The notes under the pieces were generated by a model. That model worked only from the letters and a program-made list of their open reading frames with translations. It was not told the origin of the DNA and searched no databases. Shown here in pieces: positions 51,801 through 63,119 of a DNA stretch of 64,000 nt. Made by a program: the position numbers and the translations under genes. Within the stretch, counting starts at the first letter, position 1; the number at the start of each line of letters is the position of its first letter. Source of the stretch: Lingula anatina (Eukaryota > Animalia > Brachiopoda); contig CM120649.1 of NCBI GenBank assembly GCA_051362555.1, forward strand, positions 13,764,001 to 13,828,000, in the 5' to 3' direction.

Positions 51801-53587
51801 AGCGCTGTATTTTAAACTCCCGTCCTTATGAATATCCAAACCATGGTGGATTAAACTGTGAGACAGCAGCCAGTGATGCAGGTTCCTAGTGGTTTGTACA
51901 GCTAATTAAGTCCCGTCCACCAGTAGATTTTTGCTCACTTACGTCACACTATTCCTTACCTGTATGAATTTAATAGAAGGCGAACCTTTGGCTACTTATT
52001 TTAATAAAACACCGAAAGTGGATATGTGCAAGTTTCAGTGCTAAATCTAAATGTTGTCAGGTTCACATGCGCACCTGGAAATGTAATTCTCGCGGGGCGA
52101 GCTGTATCTGCGGCGTGGCTGCACGCGAAGGCAATGACGTCATCTTGATTGACGGATGTCACAGTGTTGGACTAAAGATGAAGCAAATGCGAGTAACAAC
52201 TCACGTGAAGTCCAACAGTCAATTGGCGGCAGGGACGCGTATAAAGCGTAACAAAGATGGCAGAATCATTGAGGTGAGCATTACATGACTATCAACAAAA
52301 GAAATAAATACTCAGATAACACTTATAGGTTTTTTGACTAAAGAAACCACGTAGGCCTATTTCTAATTCTTTCGAAAACATGCCATAAATGGTGATCAAA
52401 AAAATTTTGAAATGAATTTAAAAATGAATTTATTTCTTTATTTTTGGTAGAGAGATACAGTTTAGGGAGAAGGACTTATTGGATATTAACTGGTTTTTAG
52501 TGTTGATTGCCGTCTTTCAGAGTGCAACCAATGGCCATACTTTGCTTTAACAGTCCGTCGATTTATGAACTTTTGTATTATAGGCCTAACATCTTACACC
52601 AAGAAACTGGTTTGTGAAATTAACGTTCTAAAAAGACCACCATGTGTCTCGTCCTTCCTTTATTTCTGAGCACAGTTTTATTTGAAATGTTGATTTCTTT
52701 ATTTATTGACATCTTTTTCCAGGTATTTTTCACTTCGGGTGCATATCTGAAGGTATTATCTAACCGGCGTAGTCTTGGTGTTTACCTGACGGTGCCCAGT
52801 GACGACTTTGAAAATACCGCCGGTATCTGTGGGGTGTTCAACGGAAACGGTTCAGATGATCTTACGGGATCCGACGGCGTTAAACACCGCTTTGAGAGAA
52901 TTCCTTATGTTTTCACGGAGAGTTGGAGGTAGGTGCTACCCTCTACCAGGGACACAGATTGATTTTTCACTAGATATTAAGAGATATGTCTCTGGTTAAA
53001 TAGATGGTACATCGCGCGCTTTCTGCCCTAAGTCGTTTTCCTCGTCCGGTGTCGCCGTTTCCATTTAAACTGTATTACTTGTTTTAAAAAAGAAAAAAAT
53101 TATTTTGACATTTTGAAAGGTTTTAAATGACGGTTTATACTTCTTCTGGGATATAAATCTTTGAATGAAAGTCTACTTTCTTTGAAAACATCATCAAGGA
53201 TTCAGAAAGGCCACAGCCTGTTTGACCAACTGCCTCCCCCAGAACCCTCCGCTAGTACAAATAATCCTGCCTTTTGTCAGTGCAACAGAAGAACAGGAAA
53301 CATTGATTGCCGCCCTGAGAACAGACAACGTAATCCTGTCAGAAAGGTAATTTTAAGAAAATAAAGTTGATAAGGAATTGAAGTTTCTTCAGTCAATGAC
53401 TATATCCCTTTAGGTATTTAACAAGAACATGTATATTACCTCATTACTGGAAGATTGTGACCTGCCTTAATAGAAAAATAAATCAGATACTGGTGAAACT
53501 GCAGACGAGGCAAGTGCTGTACCTTCCAAAGCTTAGCCACATTCTTGCTTTCCCACTAATTTGTAATGATAATCGTTAATGGTGGCT

Positions 53588-53636
<49 letters not shown>

Positions 53637-56457
53637 CAAATAAGTACTTTTGATCTACGCAGATTAACAGGAACAAGGACATCACAGACGAGGTGAACCG
53701 GAAATCGCGTCTGCGCAGGTCTACAACATTTACTGACACAGACACTGACTCTGACATGACGTATAATTACGATTATGGGGACCTAAGTAAGTGATCTTAT
53801 AGGCCTACTTATTTTGACCAACATTTTTACTATTTATTTTCAAATTTTCATTTCTTCATTTATATTAGCTTCATGATGTAGAAAGTCTTTGTATAGCAGT
53901 TACAACATATATATAAAGCCTCGGAATAATTCCAAATTGATAATGAGGCGATTAACACATAGCTGAAACTACCACAGGATAGGGCCTACAGCTGTGGGAG
54001 GCAAATCATTCGAAGATGTGCTGTCATTCTGTATACTTTCCCGTATGTCGATCTTATTTCTTCTGGTTTTGTACCATAATGAAACGGGTGACTAACATAC
54101 ATGTAGCAGTTCTTGCCGGTTTTAACCACGCAAACTTTAACAGACACATTTACCAACACACGCTCCTAACAATACTACCACATCAGTTACGCACGGGCGT
54201 AACTGATACACGATGCACGAATACAAAGGCTACACCCCTTTACATCTCTTTGTTATTACTACCCCGCACTGTAACGATGTAGGGAAGTAACGGTGGAGGG
54301 GAGTAACGATGTGGGGAGGTAACGGAAGAGGGGAGTAAGGATGCCGGGAGGTAACGGTGGAGGGGAGTAACGAGGTGGGGAAGTAACGGTGGAGGGGAGT
54401 AAGGATGTGGGGAGGTAACGGTAGAGGGGAGTAAGGATGTGGGGAAGTAACGGTAGAGGGGAGTAAGGATGTGGGGAAGTAACGGAAGAGGGGAGTAAGG
54501 ATGTGGGGAAGTAACGGAAGAGGGGAGTAAGGATGTGGGGAAGTAACGGTAGAGGGGAGTAAGGATGTGGGGAAGTAACGGAAGAGGGGAGTAAGGATGT
54601 GGGGAAGTAACGGTAGAGGGGAGTAAGGATGTGGGGAAGTAACAGAAGAGGGGAGTAACGCTGCGGGGAAGTAACGGTGGAGGGGAGTAAGGATGCGGGC
54701 AGGTAACGGTATAGGGAAATATTGATGTGGAGAAGTAACGGTGGAAGGGAGTAAGGATGCGGGCAGGTAACGGTATAGGGAAATACTGATGTGGAGAACT
54801 AACGGTGGAGAGGTGGGAGGATGCGGGAAGGTAACGATGCGAGAGATTCCGGGGCGCACCGATAGCTGGAAATATCATATTTTTTTCTGGAGGGAGTAAC
54901 GATACAGGGATGTGACTATGCGTGCTGTTATCGATGTGGGGGCATTACGAAACAGGAATTTCAAGAGGTGGCCCCAGTTTTAAAAAATCGTGTCTGTGAT
55001 GACCGTACTGGAGATGTATAACAAAAATTCCACTAATTAGACCTAATTTGTGCATGTGCCCAAGACAATTTAAAACAACGATCGAGTCATTTTTACCTTT
55101 GCCTAGATGCTACGGCTGTGAATGTCAAGTGGTCGAGTTCAGCCCAGATGAAGGCTGCCATAAAATTGTGTACTAATGCTGCTAAGGCTTCCAGTGCCTT
55201 CACGCCTTGTGAGAAGTCGGGCTTAGTGAACGTGCAGGAAATAGTAGACGGTTGCGTCGATGACATGAAGGTATGAATAAAATGGAAGGCAATCGGTGAG
55301 AATGCCGGCCAATTGCATGGAGCATAAATGCATATTCTGTACGCAGAATGATTAAATGAGGGTTATGGTATTTTCTATTTTCTATCCTGTATAAATGTAT
55401 ATGTATTGGTATTTTGAAGGCCAATTTTTCACCCAAACAAAACCGATTTCTGAATAATGGCACAGTGTATTGGACTTTGTAATGCCAAAATATATATCTG
55501 TACCTTGTATAAAAAGTGATAGGGAGCGGTTAAAATGTATCACTACGAAAATCAGAAGACTCAAAACGTCATATATCGCACAGTACAGGGTATGTACGAA
55601 AACACGACCACTTTAGTTACAGTGCATGAATATTCTGAAAACCCTCGGTATAATTCAGTGGTAATTCCCCCTACCTGATTAAGTGTGATTAAGAATGTCG
55701 ATTGTTACTGGCGCCTTTGGCTCACTGACGTCATACCTGTATTTCAGATCACCAATGGGGACAAAACCTACTTAGACTCTGTAGTCAGTACCTTTGACAC
55801 CATTTGCCAGGAGGAGATTTTGAAGGACCCAAAATACTACACAGCACAACCAGATGGTATGTTTTTTTTTTTTTTTTTACACTTTTTTGTTCCGTTTATC
55901 ATATTAAAAATATGTTTCACTGGAAATCCATGTTTGTGACAATCGCCTACCTATAAAATATGAAACTTGGTTGAGAAATCATGCATATTCCCTTTGTTCC
56001 AGAAGCGAGTGATCCAACGGTGACCTGGGGAACTACAGGTTGGCCTTCATTCAGTGCAACTTAAAATCAGGGCACATATGCGGGGAATTTGAACTTAAAA
56101 GTATCCGAAACCGTAGGCCTATGATAGGATTGATTGATATGATTGATAGTATCAATCATAGCACTAGTTATGCATATGTCACAGTCGTCGATGTTAGCTT
56201 TCCGTGTCAAATTGATAATAATAATGAATAATTTATAGAAAGAGGTTTTGCATCGACGTTGCCTCCGTTCAGATGCTTTGTATCGACGTCACTTCTTGGC
56301 AGATGCTTTGCATCTACGTCACTCTCTGTCAGAGGCTTTGCATTGACGTCACTCCCATCACTTCCTGGAGTCGGTAGCAACCGCCGTGACCTGCAGTTGA
56401 AAGCAGCAGCGTAGCGAACTTTTGGTTTTCAACCAGAAATTTCACTTTTTAATTTCA

Positions 56458-56492
<35 letters not shown>

Positions 56493-56987
56493 AAAAAACT
56501 AAATCCGAGTTTAAATACACTTTGTCTAAAAACGAGACGTACTTTTGTATTTCAGGTACAATGGGAATACCATTGTTCATATCAAATATGTGCTCCACTC
56601 CATGTAAAAACGGGACTTGTGTCAACGGCGCCTGCGTATGTGACAAGAACTGGGTCGGCGATGACTGCTCTGTGGACACGACAAAACCGCCGATAGCGTT
56701 TGGTTTGACAAGGTGACGTATATAAGGGACTAAAACCATTAGACAGAAATGGGCGTTGCTGTTACGTCGTCAACTCGAATGAGCAAATTTGCTTTGATGT
56801 ATTTATGATGTGATAACATTATCTTATAATAGCACTCTGTTTATTTTGGCATTCCCTTAACGGACAGGGTAAAAAAAATAAGTTATCGAACCCCTTTAAA
56901 TTTTCTAGCGAATGGGAACTTTATGCGATCAAAATAAATTTACATTTCTATCCCCAGTAATGGAATATCAAGAAAGTTGCACCGCCG

Positions 56988-57031
<44 letters not shown>

Positions 57032-58011
57032 TGTTATATTAAAACTAAATTATGAGATGCTAAATATAATAATGATAAGAATATCGAACCTTTCAGATCG
57101 GATGCCTGTGATATTCGAACGCGTCCGTGTCGTCTAGTCTTCCTTGTCATGGAGAATGTAGCAGATACGCCGGGTCTTTGGTGTCGAGTGAAGGAAAGAG
57201 TAAATTTGGTGCGTCTGGGTCTGTACCCATTGATACGCTTTTTGAAGCTCAATGACTAGATGTTGATTTCTTTTATTTGCTGGAGAGTCTGCTCAAGACC
57301 GAAACGGTTTGCCTCGGGATTGAAGGCTTTAACCATACCAACTTTTATATCTGACGTTGTATTCGCCCTTGGAATGCATAGTTTAGATCTCTGTTCAAAG
57401 AAATCTTCATATATTTATCCATATATAAGCAAATAAGATAACAACCTCCGCCAAGGAAGGATTTTTTTCGACGTTGGTTTGTCTGTCTCTATGCGTCAGC
57501 AACATCTCGGAACATGTTATAGGTGGATTTTGATGAGTTTTTCAGAAAATGTTAAGATAGTTAGCAACTATAAGATATTATTTTTTTTTTTGGAGTGGGG
57601 AGAGGGGTCAGATCATTCTCTATTTACCACACATGTCAGGGGCGGATGCAGAGCTATTTACTGACAGTCTTCCAAATTATCTTTGTTGATTCATCCTCCA
57701 ATTTTGACCGTCTTCCAACAGAAAGAAATAGATACCTGTCAATGTTAACTTGAAAATCTGACCGTCTTCCGGAAGACCCAGAAGATGGCCTAAATCCGCC
57801 CCTGCATGTAACAGATAAATGTGTGGATTTGTTTTTCAGGACCAGGTGTAATAGAACTGACAAATTTTTGTTACTGACACCAGCTTATATGCTATGGTTA
57901 AAGCAAGCTTTCAGTGGATTTCATGTATCTTTTTAAACTAAAAATATAATATTAAAATAGTCACATCGTTATATTCATAGGGAATTCGCCATACGTGACC
58001 ATCGTTTTTGC

Positions 58012-58042
<31 letters not shown>

Positions 58043-59907
58043 AATGTTTTAAACTGTTTTTAGGGTCCTTTCGGCGGTGTCCTTAGAATGTTTAGGACCA
58101 AAGGACACTTCCAGAGCTATGCAGAGGTATCCTGTGAGATTCCAGAATCTCCCGTACACAAAGGTCAGTTCAATCACTTTAAACAATCCCTGGTGTCAAC
58201 ATTTTCACTGCCATACTGCAAATGTTTCTCAGCTTTGTGTCGAAACAGTAGTTTGCTTTGTGTTTGAAAATTACACCCCATTTCCATAGATTTTTAGATC
58301 GATCTATCCCTATGGGGAGTCTCACTATATTACTCTCAGCTTGGCCGTCTTAAGCGTCTGTCCCTCCTACTAAAAGCTGTAAGGGGGTAATTAACTATGG
58401 TGCCCGCTCGGCTGACTGCAATTTAGCGTGAACCCCCAGGGAGTTAGGTCGATCTAAAACTTAATCTTTAGATCGATCTAAATCTCTGGGAAAGCACCCT
58501 TAGACCTACTAAACTTGTTAAACATAAACCAGCACAAGCATGCGTTAACGTACCGTCGACGTTAATAAAACCTGGCTTCCATACTGTTATATATGTTACA
58601 TGCGTAGTTACATATAGGTCTATAGGTACTTCTGGGTCCCTCCAATTTAAATATGAGTTGAGTATGAGTATTTTAGGCAAGGAAATACATATTACCTCAC
58701 CCTTTTATTTATTTAGTCATTTAACAACTTCGGACAAACTGAATATATTTATCAAGGCATGTCCTAACTAGATGCAGTGGAAAATTTCATGTACACAGGC
58801 GTAAAATGTTTTACCACGGGCTTTAAAGAAATTGACTGAAGAAATCACCACTGTGGATTGAACTGTTGTCTTTCTTGTCTCGTTTTTGAGAATTTTTTCC
58901 CTCTTTTGATCTTTGAAAATATTTTGAGTAGGATTGAAGACCTCTTCTACCTACCAGATATCGGTCTCCAGTGACGGCACCACGTGGAGCAGTGACGTCA
59001 CGTTTGTTGTCTATGACTCACTGTGTCAGATATGTGGTGCTGATGGGACATGCACACTGAAGGTAAGCCGTTTCCACTCTTTTGCACTCCATACTGCAGG
59101 TATGAGACCCTGCTTAACCCTGCTTATCCCACGTTTTTGAACCAATATCAATACATAAATGTATGGACCCTCCAGCCCCAAGGTGTCATAAACATAGATT
59201 GTGGCAGTGCCACAGTTGTGTGAATTTGGTTTAAATTTATCTTAAAAATACTTTTTAAATATAAATCTTTTTAAAATTTTGCCATGAACTATTTTTGACA
59301 GTAAGACTCTTACTAAGAGGTATTGAATGACATTTTAATGGATTTTTCAGTCCCGGACCTGCAGTATAAATGGCAAGTGTTACGCTGCCGGGGAACACAA
59401 TCCTGTCAATAGAGGGAGTATGTGTATACCCTCCCTGACAGCCTCCGATTGGTCATCAAGTAAGACACATGCTCTGTAACCCCCCCCCCCCCCCCTTTTA
59501 CACTGGATGGCGTCTTTTCTGCGTCCTTTGTGACACCATTAAACTGGCATCGCCGTAGTTGTAGAAAAGAGACACAAGCTTTGGTTGCAGAAATAGGAGG
59601 TCAATGATTGGCCAGTTTTCGGCACGTAAAGTATTTTTTACTCTCAAAGGCGGCCGTATTACGGGACGCAGAAAGGACGCAGTCCTGGGTAAAGGGGGCT
59701 TAATGAACACATGTACGAACACTGGCACTCCATAAAATTAATTGTTTGTTGGTTTTACATTATGATTATACATGAATATCCTCTCTATTTTTGATAAAAG
59801 TTTAGAATTGAGTAATAGTAAAAAGAGGAATACGAGTATTATTAAACTTGCAATAAGACAAAAATGTTTTAAACATGATTGAATGTGACATATCTATTCC
59901 AGCTTAA
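43793..59907 (+). CDS. VWDE: von Willebrand factor D and EGF domain-containing protein-like, copy B, 22 coding exons, 958 aa
   Basis: Exons 43793-43826, 44368-44601, 45430-45606, 45873-46014, 46370-46496, 47282-47377, 48197-48338, 48932-49137, 51157-51233, 51507-51570, 52061-52273, 52723-52928, 53199-53346, 53663-53786, 55107-55270, 55748-55856, 56556-56712, 57097-57208, 58064-58163, 58932-59062, 59351-59459, 59903-59907. Exon sizes equal copy A except exon 3 (+3 nt); no stops found. Confidence 0.88.
47512..47770. mobile_element. TTAA-target MITE (Kolobok-like), copy B intron 6
   Basis: TTAA at 47508-47511 and 47771-47774; inverted homologue of 25279-25599; empty site in copy A (~26410). Confidence 0.75.
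50182..50846 (-). pseudogene. 5'-deleted relic of the nested F5/8C gene in intron 8 of VWDE-like copy B
   Basis: The last exon 50319-50182 (LFSRNSDRNTIVRHGLVPHIKARFV...AVRADLRGC*) and only the final ~76 nt of exon 2 (50846-50771) remain. The sequence then jumps to the equivalent of A ~31818. Confidence 0.85.
54270..54840. repeat. G-rich 32-bp minisatellite inside a ~1-kb copy-B-specific insertion (~53953-54997)
   Basis: Unit ggggagtaaggatgtggggaagtaacggtaga is repeated in tandem and explains the Pro-rich ORFs 54230-54878. The insertion is absent from copy A intron 14. Confidence 0.9.
57637..57804. mobile_element. MITE with CAGG..CCTG ends and 5-bp TSD
   Basis: TIR caggggcggat / atccgcccctg; TSD catgt; absent from copy A (~39930). 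Confidence 0.85.
58274..58499. mobile_element. PIF/Harbinger (Tourist-like) MITE, copy 2
   Basis: TTA TSD at 58271-58273 and 58500-58502. Copy A has the empty site gaaaa-tta-gacctac at ~40511-40525. Homologous to 1297-1521. Confidence 0.9.
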
Positions 59908-60582
59908 ACTACCGTGATGTTCGCACGCGAAATTCAACGGCAACCAATAACAAGGGGAAAATACAAACGTGTGACAAGAACTCACTTAGAGAAACAATTT
60001 CAATTATTGAAATAGCTTTGGTTTGCGTCTTATATAAAACAGTATGGTTATTAAATGCTCCGCATGCAGCTTTTAAAGGTCGTCAACACAACTTGTGTGC
60101 CTTAATGAAGGAGGTCCTTCATTGAAGGTGTAATGAACAATGAACTTTGATGGCTGGAGAAAAGCCACTGATTGTCTGAAATATCTAATGTTGTCTTAAA
60201 TGAGTAGAATTATTGATGAGATTAAAATTTGCATTCAACCCCCCTTTTTTTGCATATTTGGTTCATGCTTCACTTCTGTTTAAAATGAATAAATTCACGA
60301 TGCAGTCTAAATATATATTGTCTGTTGTTTTCTAATGCAAGAAACAGGTTATATAAACTAAACAAATATTTTGAATTTTCATAGATAGATGCTTCAATTG
60401 CTGCTGAATAAGAAAGTATATTAAATGTCCAAACTTTTCATTTTGCACAATTTCAATTCGAAATGATAAATTTCTTTTAAACAGGAAATACTAAGTCAAT
60501 TTTAATGAAATGACATTTTCCAATGAAACAAATAATCAGAGTTCTTTAATTTTGAACCCCCAAAAAAAACCTGGATGAGTGG

Positions 60583-61794
60583 TTAGCAACCAAGTATGTC
60601 AGCTCTCATGGCAATGTGGGCGTACCATTTCATTGGCAGGATGCGGACAAAGCGTGCTTGGATATGAGGCACTAGATCATGCCTAACGATGGTATTACGG
60701 TCCGAGTTGCCAGAAAAGTGCTGAAATAGTGGGCAACAGACATTTAAAATACATGAAATAAGAATCTCCTGTAAACAATTGTAATATCATTTCGGACGCT
60801 TAATTGCTGAGCATTAATCTGAACCGTTACGCCACAATATATCGCCCCATTGTTTAACATTATAATAAATTCTCAAAAATACACAAAATCGTTTACTTCC
60901 CTCAATTAAGGAACGCTTCAATACCTTATCTTTTCCGTCCCCATCTTGATAGGTAGTCCATGTAGACCCAGAAACGCTGTACTGCAGTTTGTATTCAGTT
61001 ACCCAATTGTTGTGATCGGCACGCCCCCTAGTCAAGACGGCGGTAATAACCCTTATTGTGCCCAGGTCAAATTGAATCCATTGGTTTTGATCCCTAATTT
61101 GCGCAGCCGCTGGTACCCATGCTCGGGTGGAATTCAGATTGATCTCGTATTGTGACCAATGAGATGAATGGACGCTGGACGCTGTTATGGCTTTATTTGG
61201 GATAGGGTCGCTTCCGAACACAAGACGACGGTTGCACGCTGCAAGGTGAGAATGTGTTTGAATATATACGTAGCTAGAGACTTATCCCTATGGAGGAAAG
61301 CTGAGATTATTGAAAATTCAATCTTCACATACGAAACCTATACTGTATATGTTTTGCAGAAGGACTGCCTTTCTAAACACACCATAGTGAACATCAAAAT
61401 CTTTCGGTTTAAGTCTTAATTTAAAAAAATCAATAAAATTGTATTTCCACTACAGTTCTACATGTTTTATTATCTTACCCGGTTGACACTTGTTGCTCAA
61501 ATCCACCAGGTCATAGTATATCTCCATGGCCGCTCTTGACAACATCACATAGGTCAAGTCCCTTTTAATCAACTTAAGATTTGACTCCAGCGAAAGAACC
61601 TCGTCGGGGCAATAGAGAGCAATCTGCTTGAGTAACGCGTGATTCAGAGAGCGAATTTCGTACAATTTTCCGCGAGCCAGTGCCTGGCGGTAATTGTTGC
61701 GCAAATAGCCTTTCGGGACAGCCGACCATGCAAAGTTAGCACAGGCGAGGAAAGTGAGAAAGAACAAAAACGGGACACAGCAGAACGCCTTCAT
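60583..61794 (-). CDS. Secreted F5/8 type C (discoidin) domain protein, 3 exons, 255 aa; paralogue of the nested gene
   Basis: Exons 61794-61479, 61238-60925, 60720-60583 (768 nt, in frame, same intron phases as 28701-30544). Signal MKAFCCVPFLFFLTFLACANFAWS; FA58C motifs AWVP...NQWIQFDLG...TRGR...WVTEYKLQYS and ARFVRILP.KW..HIAMRADILGC. Confidence 0.92.
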
Positions 61795-63089
61795 GACTCC
61801 CTCTTGGTATTAGGTAGAAGGCAAGTCAAGGGAACTTACAATCTGCCTGCCTGTTGCGGTGAATTATTATTAATATATACCATCAGCATGTTTTTCTTAA
61901 AAGATAATAATCTGTATTTCCTTACAACTGCGTGGCCTGTCAACTTTTTTTTTTCGTGGCTTTGTGTAAAACTAGAATCTCTGATAGAATAAAAGATCAA
62001 GTTCTAGGCATTTGTATGGAAACGAAATTCAACTATACAAAGATTAGATTATATACTAGCACTGGTACATTTTATATACACCGCGAGACATTAGGGATAC
62101 ATCCGTGCATCATTTCAACCTCTTTCGACTGCTGAAATCTTTCAAGGAGATGAAAAAAATTGAATAAGAAAGCCCTTGCAGTATTTTGTAATTAAATTGA
62201 TCATAACTTGTATTAATGATGTGTTAATAACTCATGTTATTGTTTTAATGCTGAACCCTTCGAGAATAGTCAAGGCAGAAACGGAAAAATATAGAATAAA
62301 GTTGAAAATACTGAAGCTTACAGGTAAGACTGAAAGATAAATATGAAAAGGAATGCACATGCCTACGAATTGCCCGATATTATTTCAACAGCATATTTAT
62401 TTTTGTGTGATCAGGGGCAAATATTATGACTGACCGATTGTCATTTTTTGTTGATACATGAAACCCTCCCCCAAGATTACTGCCACACTCCTTAATGACT
62501 TCTCTTATGATAATTGTTTCATATTGTCCAACTCAGCAACTGAACAATTGACAACACTTGTTAACACCAAGGAGTTATAACTCCTTGTTAACACACATAT
62601 CTCGTCTCCGTTAAATGATTAAGTTTCTTCGAAACTGTGTAGGATCTATGGTTGCATGTTGGAGGTATCATATGATCGATTCTACAATGATTAGATCTGA
62701 AAAGTTAGTGTCTGGTTTAGGAGTGTGAACAATGTAAATAAGATAAACCTTCAAAACAACACCTCGGCATTCAGCGTTGCCATATATCTTACCATTATTC
62801 AATTTTGTAACATTTTGCACGCCGTAGGTTCTTATCCACATTAGTACTGCATGTTAAACGACGAGCGTTCCCAGTCCACATTGTATTACTTGTTATTGTT
62901 AAACGACAAGCCTTTCCGGGTCCGCAGCTTGAGTGAAATGCTCTTTGTGTGTGTGTGTGTGTGGGGGGGGGGGGGGGTGGGGGGGGGGAGGGGGGGGGAG
63001 AGGGGGGGGACGTCTGTCTGATGGAGATGGTGAAAAGAAAAGACTTATATAAATATCTCCATACAAAACATCCCCAGAAATGCACTGCA

Positions 63090-63119
63090 TGACGTCACGC
63101 CTAGCCCACTGCGCATGCG
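63090..63119. promoter_or_regulatory. CRE plus NRF1-like motif pair, possible promoter
   Basis: TGACGTCA at 63090-63097 next to TGCGCATGCG at 63110-63119; no target gene identified. Confidence 0.25.

Larger units (their letters stand above)
20148..60343 (+). repeat. Large tandem segmental duplication: unit A ~20148-42078, unit B ~42184-60343
   Basis: Exons and introns are collinear and similar throughout. The shared end tctaatgcaagaaa lies at ~42078 and ~60343; the shared start gcttgttgcgcaatccc at 20148 and 42184. Confidence 0.9.

Noticed and set aside
54230-54878. 209-212 aa Pro/Ser/Thr-rich ORFs resembling mucin or extensin
   Set aside because: They are translations of the 32-bp minisatellite, open in two frames, with no supporting splice or signal context.
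20148-60343. Duplication as an assembly artefact (two alleles in tandem)
   Set aside because: Heavy amino-acid and intron divergence, many copy-specific TE insertions and a structured junction favour true paralogy. Not fully excluded without read data.
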